In this document: positions 10,626 through 20,800 of the stretch, piece after piece
How the letters are laid out: each line of letters starts with the position of its first letter
Numbering within the stretch: position 1 is the first letter of the stretch
DNA from: a virus
IMG/VR virus record: IMGVR_UViG_3300046333_000090
DNA length: 64,000 nt
Strand: one strand, 5' to 3'
Translations under genes and position numbers: made by a program
Notes under the pieces: model-generated
The model's database searches: none
Told to the model about the DNA's origin: nothing
The model's input: only the letters and a program-made list of their open reading frames with translations

Positions 10626-11392
10626 CTACAACTATTAAATTTAATACCTTAGCCGATCTATTAGATCGGCTTTTTTTGTATCAGTCAAACACTATACTCT
10701 GTAATATGTGTAGCTGTGGTATATACATTATCTAGTCAGTCTTTTGTAGGAGAAAAGTCATTAAAAGCACTTCAAACCTATTGGATACGTCAAAGAGTAT
10801 TATTATGCACTACCGATTATGTATGTCTATCTTGCTACCTAATGTAATAAAATCCAGATCGGAGATTGTAACTCCCAAACACTATAGTCTGTAATATATG
10901 TAGCTGTGGTATATACATTATCTAGTCAGTCTTTTGTAGACAAAAAGTCATTAAAAGGACTACAAACCCATTGGAGATCGATCGCTACCTACCTCAGCTT
11001 AGTTACTAACATCCTCTCAAACTGCGCTAGAATGCCCGATCGACAGTGTTTGTAGTGTAGTGGTAGTGAAGTGTAGTTGTTGCCTGTGTTGTCATGTAAT
11101 ATACTACATCAGGAAGGACAAAAAGACAGTGTGTGGTTGTAGTGTAGTGAAGTATGCTGGATATGCCTGACTTTTTTACTCATCGACTTCGCATGATTTA
11201 AAATAGGGGGTAGGGGGTTTCCTATAAGAATTTGACTTCTAAGACAGTGCATTTGACGGATATATTTACCAATCTTTTTAAAATTTTTTTAGAATTTTTT
11301 TTTTTGAAAAGGTCTTTAGATTTGCCAGCTATATTTACAAATCTTTTAAAATTTTTTTTAATAATAAATAAATAAACAAATAAATTTATATT

Positions 11393-12196
11393 ATGAGAAA
11401 ATTATATCAACAAATTACAGAATTTTATGAATTGCAAGAAGCATTGAGCAAAATGCCATCATCGGATATAATTTCCGATGAAGGATATCATCAAACAAAA
11501 CTTACGCATTATCAGGGAGATGCGGAATTTACACCAAGTAGATATCACCAAGATTATTCAGGGGTTACACATAGTGTAGCGTGGATGAATAAAAAAAAGG
11601 GTAACAGCAGTTCGATAACAGACAAAAAGAACACATTACATGATGCAGCACATTTACATAATCATTATATACAGAATAACACAGATATTGGAGATGTAGT
11701 CAGATCTGATACTATGCCAGATGCGGATGGCGAAGGAAACAAACGAGCAAGAATATATGGAAAAATGGCAGGATTTGGGGGACTAAATAAAGCGGGGGAA
11801 CAATATGGAATCGTAAAAAAACACGCAGACGATCATCCAGAAGAACACAAACGAGGAAAAAAATATTTACATCCGTTAGAACATGATGAAATAAACGCGC
11901 ATGGAGATAAACCTAGTGCTGGTTCGACTGATGGAAAAATTCGTACTATGAGTAGAGATTATGGAGAAGGGGGGAAATTACATATCACTCGAAGAAATAG
12001 AGTAATGCACGGAACTGCAATAAATGCAGATGGGAGCGAATCCGAACATATGACAGATACAGAATCCGATCATCCAGACAATGAAAAACATTTAGCAGAA
12101 CTACATAGTCATCACAAAGATTATGTAAATTCTAAACAAAAATCTAAAACTCCAGCAATTGATGCGCTAATTACGAAGTTAAAAACTAAAAAATAG
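11393..12196 (+). CDS. His/Lys-rich late protein, possibly an internal virion protein
   Basis: ATAAATA late-promoter motif upstream; N-terminus MRKLYQQITEFYELQE resembles T4-like capsid-targeted leaders. Confidence 0.55.
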   Translation: MRKLYQQITEFYELQEALSKMPSSDIISDEGYHQTKLTHYQGDAEFTPSRYHQDYSGVTHSVAWMNKKKGNSSSITDKKNTLHDAAHLHNHYIQNNTDIGDVVRSDTMPDADGEGNKRARIYGKMAGFGGLNKAGEQYGIVKKHADDHPEEHKRGKKYLHPLEHDEINAHGDKPSAGSTDGKIRTMSRDYGEGGKLHITRRNRVMHGTAINADGSESEHMTDTESDHPDNEKHLAELHSHHKDYVNSKQKSKTPAIDALITKLKTKK

Positions 12197-12338
12197 AAAA
12201 ATTATTAAATTTAATAATGACCTTCTAAAATCAATTAGAAGGTCATTATTTTTATAATTTGGTACTAGTAGTCATTATTTAGATTATCATTCGTTGTAGG
12301 GCATCCTAGAGGGGTCTGAGAGCATAATATAGGTTCCC

Positions 12339-12725
12339 CTAATATGTGTCATTATTAAAAAGAATATTATAAATTTGAATGAGTGGAATAAATCTGTGAT
12401 AATATGTCACAGGGGTACTATTAATCACTTCTACCGTCTTCTGGGTTTGGATTGCCATAAATATCACCAACTCTTTGTAAATTATATCGCATTTCAATCT
12501 ATTTGGGTGTATACAACTTAGAATAGTTTCAAGAACATCAAATGGGGGGTTTGGTGACTGTTCATAGATACCATCTTCATTTTCAGTGAATGAGATGAGA
12601 TGTGAGTGATGAACATAATCGAAGTCTATTTTCTCATCAGCACAAAACTCATGAGGATCCCATATTGTTCCAATAGAACTGGTTAACAAATGCTGAAATT
12701 TGTTATAAAAATCTTGGTATGCCAT
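12339..12725 (-). CDS. hypothetical protein, paralog of 12725..13105
   Basis: Shares FYNKF.HLLT.S.GT.WDPHEF.A.EKI.FD..HH with its neighbour. Confidence 0.8.
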   Translation of the reverse strand: MAYQDFYNKFQHLLTSSIGTIWDPHEFCADEKIDFDYVHHSHLISFTENEDGIYEQSPNPPFDVLETILSCIHPNRLKCDIIYKELVIFMAIQTQKTVEVINSTPVTYYHRFIPLIQIYNILFNNDTY

Positions 12726-13105
12726 CAGTATAAAAATAGTAAATTGTAGAACTGTCTGATATGAATGAAGTGGTGCAAAATGGTAGTAGGTACACGATTA
12801 ACCCAACCAAGAGTTTTTTGATGTCGAATAGACATATAAACTTCAATTTCTTTAAGTTTTATATCATTGTTCATTCTTCTACCAGAATGGACAGCATTAA
12901 ATATTTCTTCTAGTTCATCAAATATAGGTTCGGGGGGTTGTGTAAGTATAGTATCAACTCCTTTAATAGTATAAATAGGATGGTTATGGTGGATAAAATC
13001 GAAGTTAATTTTCTCACTAGCATCGAATTCGTGAGGATCCCACAAAGTGCCGACAGAATTAGTGAGGAGGTGTTCAAATTTGTTATAAAATTCGGTGTAA
13101 GTCAT
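12725..13105 (-). CDS. hypothetical protein, paralog of 12339..12725
   Basis: Tandem duplicate, stop/start overlap (TGATG). Confidence 0.8.
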   Translation of the reverse strand: MTYTEFYNKFEHLLTNSVGTLWDPHEFDASEKINFDFIHHNHPIYTIKGVDTILTQPPEPIFDELEEIFNAVHSGRRMNNDIKLKEIEVYMSIRHQKTLGWVNRVPTTILHHFIHIRQFYNLLFLY

Positions 13106-13109
13106 ATTT

Positions 13110-13472
13110 TTATAATCCTCGCAATAATGAGTTTAAATTAGACAAATCTTCAGAAGATAGTGTATATGTCTCAATATAAGTGTTGTTACAGTGTTCAATT
13201 TTGATGGTTATTTCGGCACCAAAACGAATAAGAGTTAATTTGTGGGGATAAGCATTACGACAGATTGTAATAGTCCGAGTATTTTTTACAAAAGAGCGTT
13301 TGTGAAAGTATTGAATTTTGCCGTTAGGTACAAGTTTATTATTACAACCAGGAACAGAATCTGTCAATACTTGATATACAGGAACTAGTAATACATCACT
13401 AGTCATTTGTTCTGTTAAGTGGTACAATTTGGCATCAACAAGAGAATCAAAAATTTTAGTATCAGAAGACAT
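13110..13472 (-). CDS. hypothetical protein
   Basis: 120-aa ORF in the same operon-like run. Confidence 0.6.
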   Translation of the reverse strand: MSSDTKIFDSLVDAKLYHLTEQMTSDVLLVPVYQVLTDSVPGCNNKLVPNGKIQYFHKRSFVKNTRTITICRNAYPHKLTLIRFGAEITIKIEHCNNTYIETYTLSSEDLSNLNSLLRGL

Positions 13473-13525
13473 AGTTAATTTGGTGAGAATATGTAAGTGG
13501 TGTAGTAAGGCATTCTATGGGCATC

Positions 13526-14224
13526 TCAGAACATAATCGGGGCATCCCAAGTAAGTTGATTCTCTAGATGTGCTTCGATCAATTGGTTTAGTTTTGATTG
13601 ATGTTCTGGAGTAAATTGTATAGTAGAATCAGGCAACCAATTAGGTACTTCTTTGAGGTATCGTTCGGGAGATACTACCCCTGATTTAGTGGCAAACTGA
13701 TAATGAATGTTTTGAAGGCAATTCTGATCTTTTGAACCAAAATTTATAAATTTGTCATGTATTCTTGGCATACGGATTATTGTTTGATAGCTAGTACCAC
13801 CACGATTATATTTTATACCTATAGGAAGTCCCGATGACTTTTTCATTAATGCTATATTGAACCAATTTGTCACTAATTCTAAATTAGATCTTGTATTATT
13901 ACTAGGATCGCCATCTATATGATTGATCACCCAATTTTGATTAGTCTTCAATCCAACTATTAATTCATAAATTTTTACATTTTTTCCATTTTTCTTTGTA
14001 CTAAATCTGCCTTCACAATCCGGACACCAATTATATAGTTTTAATAGATCTACTTTATCAAGATCGATAGTATTAGTATATAATCTACCAGTATTAGTAT
14101 TGAGTACATGTAAAGTTTCATCTACAAACAATTGATTAAAAATTAATTTATAATTACTTTTATTTACATTATGATGAGGTAGATCGAATTCCCATTTATT
14201 AGTAGTGTTGGTATAATGAATCAT
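13526..14224 (-). CDS. HNH endonuclease with AP2-like C-terminal region (family copy 1)
   Basis: VINHIDGDPSNNTRSNLELVT HNH motif; start MIHY at 14224 by alignment with paralogs. Confidence 0.85.
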   Translation of the reverse strand: MIHYTNTTNKWEFDLPHHNVNKSNYKLIFNQLFVDETLHVLNTNTGRLYTNTIDLDKVDLLKLYNWCPDCEGRFSTKKNGKNVKIYELIVGLKTNQNWVINHIDGDPSNNTRSNLELVTNWFNIALMKKSSGLPIGIKYNRGGTSYQTIIRMPRIHDKFINFGSKDQNCLQNIHYQFATKSGVVSPERYLKEVPNWLPDSTIQFTPEHQSKLNQLIEAHLENQLTWDAPIMF

Positions 14225-14565
14225 ACAGTTTGTCTCATTCGCAAATAAAGGATAGTAGGTAAGCATAAATGGCAATGAGGCGGCATACCAGCATTCCAGA
14301 CAATAGGAGATTCTTTATCGTCGTCACATTCTAATCTGTAAGATATTTGAGTAGATTTGGGGAAAGATTTAGTGGTATGGTATAGTTCAAGAACCATATT
14401 AGTGATTACATAATTTACAATTTCTTGGACAGAAGGGACTACGCAAATATAATCTTCGAGATTGATTGATCTTAGGTAATTATTGTCTTGATTGTTTATG
14501 TTTATTGAGTAAATCGTATCTTCGAGATTGATTTGTTTAATGAGTTGATAGATTTGTTGAGTCAT
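14221..14565 (-). CDS. hypothetical protein
   Basis: 114-aa ORF overlapping the HNH start (ATGA). Confidence 0.5.
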   Translation of the reverse strand: MTQQIYQLIKQINLEDTIYSININNQDNNYLRSINLEDYICVVPSVQEIVNYVITNMVLELYHTTKSFPKSTQISYRLECDDDKESPIVWNAGMPPHCHLCLPTILYLRMRQTV

Positions 14566-14709
14566 ATTTTGGCGAAAGAGATGAATAATAATTGACTAAT
14601 ACTTTAGTAACATTGTCACACATAGATTGTTGTTCTTCTAGCGTCATTCCTTCCATAAGATTATTACACTCTTGAATGTAGGAATTGACATGATTATTAA
14701 ATTTAATAA

Positions 14710-15414
14710 TTAGTGAGTGAGTGGAGTAGGTTGTTCCCAAGTTGCTTGATTAGCTAGATGTGCTTCAATTAATTTATCTAGTTTTGATTGATGTTCTGGA
14801 GTGAATAGGATAGTATGATCTGGTAGCCAGTTTGGGACTGATAATAGATATCTTTCTGGCAATACTAAACCTGATTTAATAGCAAATTGGTAGTGCAAGT
14901 TTTGAAGATAGTTAAGATCTTCAGAACCAAAATTTATTTGTTTCTTTACTCTTGGCATAGCAATTTGTGTTTGATAGCTACTATCACCATGATGATACAG
15001 TATACCAATAGGAAGTCCAGATGACTTCTTCATTATTGCGGTGTTGAACCAATTAGTGACTAATTCTAAATTAGATCTTGTATTATTACTAGGATCGCCA
15101 TTTATATGATTGATCACCCAATTCTTATTAGTCTTTGCACCATATACAGATTCATGAATTTTTACAGTTTGTCCATTTTTATATGTTAGAAATCTACCTT
15201 TATTGTCAGGACACCAATTATATAGTTTAAGAAGATCTACTTTATCAAGATCGATAGAATTAGTATATAATTTACCAGTATTAGTATTGAGCAGATGTAG
15301 TAGATCGTCTACAAATAATTGATTATATGTTAATGGCTTACAAGATCCATTATTTATATTATGATGAGGCTGAACGAACTGATAGAAATTGAGTATTTTG
15401 CAGAAATGTATCAT
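14710..15414 (-). CDS. HNH endonuclease (family copy 2)
   Basis: VINHINGDPSNNTRSNL; start MIHFCK at 15414. Confidence 0.85.
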   Translation of the reverse strand: MIHFCKILNFYQFVQPHHNINNGSCKPLTYNQLFVDDLLHLLNTNTGKLYTNSIDLDKVDLLKLYNWCPDNKGRFLTYKNGQTVKIHESVYGAKTNKNWVINHINGDPSNNTRSNLELVTNWFNTAIMKKSSGLPIGILYHHGDSSYQTQIAMPRVKKQINFGSEDLNYLQNLHYQFAIKSGLVLPERYLLSVPNWLPDHTILFTPEHQSKLDKLIEAHLANQATWEQPTPLTH

Positions 15415-15448
15415 AATTAATCCCCTATAACAAAAATGGTGAGAAATG

Positions 15449-15949
15449 TCAACCAAATACTACCACCATTGAGTCGAAAGTACCTGAGTTTTTAGCTTTT
15501 GGTAGATGTTCTGTGTTGGGGATAGAATTTATACCAGTGCCAGGATTGATATGGGCGGGTTGTAGTACACCATTAACTTTAATCTTACCAATACCTTCAA
15601 ATTTTAGTCTGCCTTCTATGAATAGAATTTGACTAGCATGAGGTTTAATTACATGGTGATAAAGTCTGGTAGACGTGCTGACAGGAAGTAGAAATACAGA
15701 TTTATTACCATTAATTTGCCATTCTGCTAACCCCTTCATAACAAATGCTTCTTTTTCTATTTTGCTGTATGGAGGATTGACAAAATTAACTTTTTTCCAA
15801 GGGACGATTAGTGCATCATTTTCTGGCGTGATTACTTCATTTATGGGGCAAACATCAAACATTTCACCATGTACATCAACTAATTGATCGTAGAAATATT
15901 TTGGTGTCGTCCAATGATTACTTGGGTTGGAAATTCTAGGTTTAGTCAT
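15449..15949 (-). CDS. phage N6-adenine DNA methyltransferase (phage Dam family)
   Basis: W-T-T-P...FDVCP...FVNPPYS...LLPVST...GRLKF pattern. Confidence 0.85.
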   Translation of the reverse strand: MTKPRISNPSNHWTTPKYFYDQLVDVHGEMFDVCPINEVITPENDALIVPWKKVNFVNPPYSKIEKEAFVMKGLAEWQINGNKSVFLLPVSTSTRLYHHVIKPHASQILFIEGRLKFEGIGKIKVNGVLQPAHINPGTGINSIPNTEHLPKAKNSGTFDSMVVVFG

Positions 15950-16242
15950 TTTTGATTAATTTCTATCTTTCATATAATTATAGCATCAATCACTATAGAA
16001 TGTCAACAAAAAAAGAGAGCAATTATTGCTCTCTTTCTTAATATTTTGAGTGGTGTTATCCAACAAAGAATTATCCAAGTGTATTAGGCTTCGATTTGCG
16101 AATTACTTTAACTGGTGGAAGAACATAATAATCAGTCACTAACCGAGTTGCGCCAGTTGTCGCTTTCATTAATTGTGCATTTCGTTCAGTGTTGGTCATA
16201 AAATTTTGGTGAGAGAGTGGAATATATCTATTATAACATTAT

Positions 16243-16515
16243 TTATTGATATTTGTAAAGTAATTTGCGAAGTTCTATTGACTTACCATTTACGACAATC
16301 ATCATTTTTTTCAATTGTTCTGACCAAAATATGTGTGGATTGTATATTCGTTCAAATCGAGGAAAATATTGTCTCAAGTTTTGTCCGTGTTTGCAATCAC
16401 AAAAATCTAGAACATTAAAAGATTTGAGAAATTTGCTACCTTCACTATGGTATAAACGCAAACCAAGATCTTTGCATTTACAATTTGACAACCAGCCAGA
16501 CGAAATTATGCTCAT
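16243..16515 (-). CDS. hypothetical Cys-containing protein
   Basis: 90-aa ORF immediately downstream of the PAAR-like gene. Confidence 0.5.
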   Translation of the reverse strand: MSIISSGWLSNCKCKDLGLRLYHSEGSKFLKSFNVLDFCDCKHGQNLRQYFPRFERIYNPHIFWSEQLKKMMIVVNGKSIELRKLLYKYQ

Positions 16516-16516
16516 A

Positions 16517-16834
16517 TTAACTAATAAATGTGTTGCTAGGCGATCCGATGATTACCCCTCCGTATATACCTATATTATCACCAATTTTTAATTTTGGCAA
16601 TCCTCCAGAGTACGAATTTGTAGCGGTGCCAGCAGCAAATAGTTGATCGGGCAAACACGGGGATGCACAGGTCAGATTAATATTACTTCTAATCCCATAA
16701 AATCCCGCAGTTAGAACGGGATAACCATTTACGAAGTTGTTATTTTGTCTGACTAATGGTGTTTGGGGGTAAATGCAGCAGGGGGGTATTGCGGACAGTG
16801 ACACAAAACAGGATGAATTTGCTACTTGACTCAT
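16517..16834 (-). CDS. PAAR-like baseplate spike tip (gp5.4-like)
   Basis: 105 aa; NFVNGYPV...LKIGDNIG...IIGSPSNTFI pattern; ATAAATA late promoter upstream. Confidence 0.65.
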   Translation of the reverse strand: MSQVANSSCFVSLSAIPPCCIYPQTPLVRQNNNFVNGYPVLTAGFYGIRSNINLTCASPCLPDQLFAAGTATNSYSGGLPKLKIGDNIGIYGGVIIGSPSNTFIS

Positions 16835-16929
16835 ATAAATTTATTTATTTATCACTTAATATTTATAATATTATAACATGCTTCCAGGTTTTTGCTAACT
16901 TTATATCATTAATAGTAGCCTTATGAACA

Positions 16930-17700
16930 TTATATTTTTTTGATATATATATATATATATACTCCAGTAAACCCATCTCTTAGTAATACTTTTATTTCTC
17001 GCACTTGTTGTTCATTTAACTTTGCATGTGGTGCCTTTTCGCCACACAAAGAAACTGACAAGTTTTTTTTATGTTCGTCGGTAAAAATTCGCCCAGCCAT
17101 AACAACTGATAAATGTTTCTTCGCTTCTTCTGATAAAGTTTTTCCCTTTTGAGAAGCAGACATATTTTTCTTAGTTTGCTGCGTGTGTTTATATCCATAC
17201 AAAGGATGTTCTTCCCCAAATTTTCCATACATGGGATTATTACTACCAACTTTGCAATTTGATAGTTTTTGTTTAGTTTTTTCTGATGGAGTGTTACCGA
17301 TATGAGAATCAGACATTTTTTTCCTTGTTGATGTGGAAAAATCTTTTGCAAAATTAGGATGATTTTCACCAGATAACCCGTTACCACCACCAGAAATTGG
17401 CGAAAAATTCATACAATATGGTTTGTGCAAATGTTCGGCGATCAATTCCGTCTCTGCTATCATCAATTCTTCTATGGTGTCATAGTAAGAAAGTATTGTT
17501 CGTCGCAATAGATTCTTATCTTTAATAGACTTCACCCATTTACCAGATCCCAAATAAGGATCATTATCTGGATGTTTGTCTGATGAGTGCATACCGTAAT
17601 ATTTCTTATCACTACCCACTAGGATAGTTTCATACAAATAGTTATATTTTTTAGGGGTTCTGTTGGTCATAAAAATTAATGATAAAGACAGCATTATCAT
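16930..17700 (-). CDS. GIY-YIG (Seg-like) homing endonuclease with NUMOD3 repeats; C-terminus frameshifted at a (TA)n tract
   Basis: YLYET...KYYGMHS...YLGSG motif, HT..TK..MS repeats; the native tail ...KTWKHV lies in another frame. Confidence 0.8.
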   Translation of the reverse strand: MIMLSLSLIFMTNRTPKKYNYLYETILVGSDKKYYGMHSSDKHPDNDPYLGSGKWVKSIKDKNLLRRTILSYYDTIEELMIAETELIAEHLHKPYCMNFSPISGGGNGLSGENHPNFAKDFSTSTRKKMSDSHIGNTPSEKTKQKLSNCKVGSNNPMYGKFGEEHPLYGYKHTQQTKKNMSASQKGKTLSEEAKKHLSVVMAGRIFTDEHKKNLSVSLCGEKAPHAKLNEQQVREIKVLLRDGFTGVYIYIYIKKI

Positions 17701-17868
17701 ACTAACATATATTGGCGCAAAATACCACCACCAAATTCTAAATTATTAAATTTAATAATGACCTTCTAAAAATCAATTAGGAGGTCATTATTTTTATGAT
17801 TTGATGCTAGTGGTCATTATTTCAATTAAGACCTGCTACATGGCATTTTAGACCCCTCCCAGGGCATA

Positions 17869-20800
17869 TTAAACAATAATAGAAACATCAGACTCGATCA
17901 TACAATAATGTTCAGATTCAATTTGCCCATAATAGTACAATTTTGTAGTATAGTTGGTATTAGTTAACCCACTACCAGCATCAATAATTTTTGCTCTAAC
18001 AATACTACCGTTCAAACATTCTAATAAGATCTTAGCAGGGTCAGCAACCCCCTCTACCGCTAACATCATGTAGCGGGGATAATGCAATCCAGCATACACA
18101 ATATCAACGCCAGTCAATTCGCCCCCAACAATATTAAATTTGAATTCAGCGGGGATCACGTCTTTATCATTATTACTATTATATACAATAGAATATACAT
18201 CATCTACTCCAATAGTATCATCAACGATCCAAGCACTCAAATGAGTAATAAAATCAGTAGAATTAACAGTAAGTGTTGTACTAGTAGTAGTATAATTTGC
18301 AGATGGTTGGATAACTCCATTTACAAATAGTATTATGTTTCTATTAGTGGGGTTATTGGTAATGGTATAGATTTTATTGGTAAGGCTGACTAAATTTAAT
18401 GCAGTAAAATTATCACTATAGACCCCATATGCCGTACCAGTAATATTTTGTGTAAAGACAACATTATTACCAACAATACTAAATTCATTATTTGGTACAT
18501 TATTTACAAACATAATCAATTTTGAAACATCTACAGGGACAAAAAGGTTAGTATTTGTGGTGAGTGTGGTAGTATTGGAGTTCGTTAATACTTTTTTGTC
18601 CGTATAAGTTAAAAATGAACTCGGTAGGTTGAGTATAGAGACCCGGTCACTCAAATCATTTATTGTTTGATGAATAGTTACGTTATTGTTAGCCACCGAA
18701 TAATCATAAGATGGATGTTGTGTAACTCCATTGATGTACAAAATTGAATTACTGGCAATCCTACTAACCAAATTATTAAATTTAATAATACTATAGTCAG
18801 TTGCCAATACGGTATTAGAATTAATTTTTTCTAATATCAATCTGTTATGATTTTCTGTCAGCCATACTAGATCTCCGTAATCATAATTGATAAAGGACGA
18901 GTAGTTGCTGTGAACATAATCATTATCATTCCAAATGTAGTCGAAATATTGTTTTTTGAATTTAGTATTTTTGTATAGATCTTCTGGTAATGAATCGATA
19001 TTAATAACGAAATCAGTTTCGTTTTTTTCGGCTAATATACTTAAAATATTCTCGATATTGATCTTATAGTCAATAACATTGTTGATCTGTGTCTCTCTAT
19101 GTAGGTACATCTTCACTATATTATCTATGCTGTATATGCTGTATATCTTATTACCGAGCATATGTACATTATCCACCACAAAATTTTTCCATTCTATTAG
19201 TGAATGTGGGGATTTTATTGAATAAGAATATTGTTGATGAGTAAGGTTGTCTGCGATCACATTATTAGAAGTAATAATACTATCCAAATTATCAGTAAAA
19301 TCTTGAATAGTTTTGTTGCTGGTTGGAGTACAAATTAGTTCTGCTGTACGGACATTATGAATTTTACCAATTTTTCGTCCAGATTCATCCCACAAAAAAT
19401 AATCATTATTCACTACAAATTTTCCAAATAATGATTTCACTTGCAAAGTCGAAGCAATTTTATTATATAAATTAATTTTACCCTTTGCCACATAATTATT
19501 TCTAGTTAATCCATAATAAACAATACTGGTATTGATATCAGATTTGCTTAATATTGGAATGATAGTTGCACCAATACCAATTGATATAGAAACAATAGGA
19601 ATACTTTCAAAATAATTATCACTTTCAATAATGTCAATTCTACTAATAACACTATTAGCAACCACTAAACTAGCAGAAAACTGATTATTTAATACTACAG
19701 AATTTTCAGTATAGCCAATACCATTAGTGATAATTATAAAATCGGTGATGGTATTATTAAATTTAATATCTAAAATCACATCACTATCCACTGAATAATT
19801 TATAGTAGGGTCGCCACCAAACCCATCTCCATTGGTAATATTTTTAATATTTTTAATAGTTCCAATAGTATCACTACGAAATATAATAACTGCACCAACT
19901 CCATATTGTGATAATATAGTATGTGGTGGGATGGATTCTAAATTAATGCCGTTATCAATTATGTTTACTCCAATAATCCCACCAGTATTAGATACTGCTG
20001 AAACGATTATTTTTATATTAACATCTTCAAATTTTATAATATCTCCTACTGCATAATTAATACCAGGAATCTCTATTAGGTAATCATCTATTGCCCCATA
20101 GCTAATATTATCCACCTTTGCCAAATATGGATAAATTTTATTATTTGGTGAAGGGAATTTAACTTCATCATTGTATATTCTGATTGAACCACTAGGAATA
20201 TTGCAATTATTTTGCAATTTCAGATGATTATAGGAATCAAATTTGTATTTGTATTGATTACCGACAAAATAAGGAAATGCGTCGGTTGCAAAATAGCAAT
20301 ATCTACCTTCTGGAAATTCTGGGGTATACGCAAACACCCCATTATACTCATCCAAAACACCACCAATATACTCATAATCTTCAATAAATGTTCCTAATGG
20401 TGCGGTTGGTCTATTAGTAGAAGTAGTAATCTTGAGTGTCCAACTAGAGTATAGTTTATCAACCCCCCCTCTTGGCGCATCTACATATGCTCCATATATA
20501 GGCACACCATCAAATGCCCAACCAATTATGGGAGAATGTACTGTTCTTACTGGTTCAATGTGTACTAATTGTAAATATTGTGGCGAAAAATTAGTATCAG
20601 GTAGATTAGATTCGCCGACCCCACTATCTCCTTGATTATATACATATCCACCAGTACTATCTATAGGGGCATTATTTGCAATATTGTACGTCCAGCTATT
20701 TATAGTCGCAGCAAATACCGCAGAGTTTGGAAAATAATTGACTACCAATGTTGGATTATTGAAGTAGCTAGAACCACCATTTATTACTTCTACAGACACT

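Larger units (their letters stand above)
8990..10990. repeat. non-coding ~180-230-bp direct repeats (8990-9220 and 10686-10990)
   Basis: AAAAGTCATTAAAAG(G/C)ACT(A/T)CAAACC(T/C)ATTGGA occurs at ~8992, 9173, 10754, 10942; the CAAACACTATA...CTTTTGTAG block occurs at 9107, 10686, 10876. Confidence 0.9.

Noticed and set aside
3097-10990. CRISPR array in the repeated early region
   Set aside because: Repeats are long, degenerate and separated by genes; there is no constant repeat-spacer period and no cas gene.
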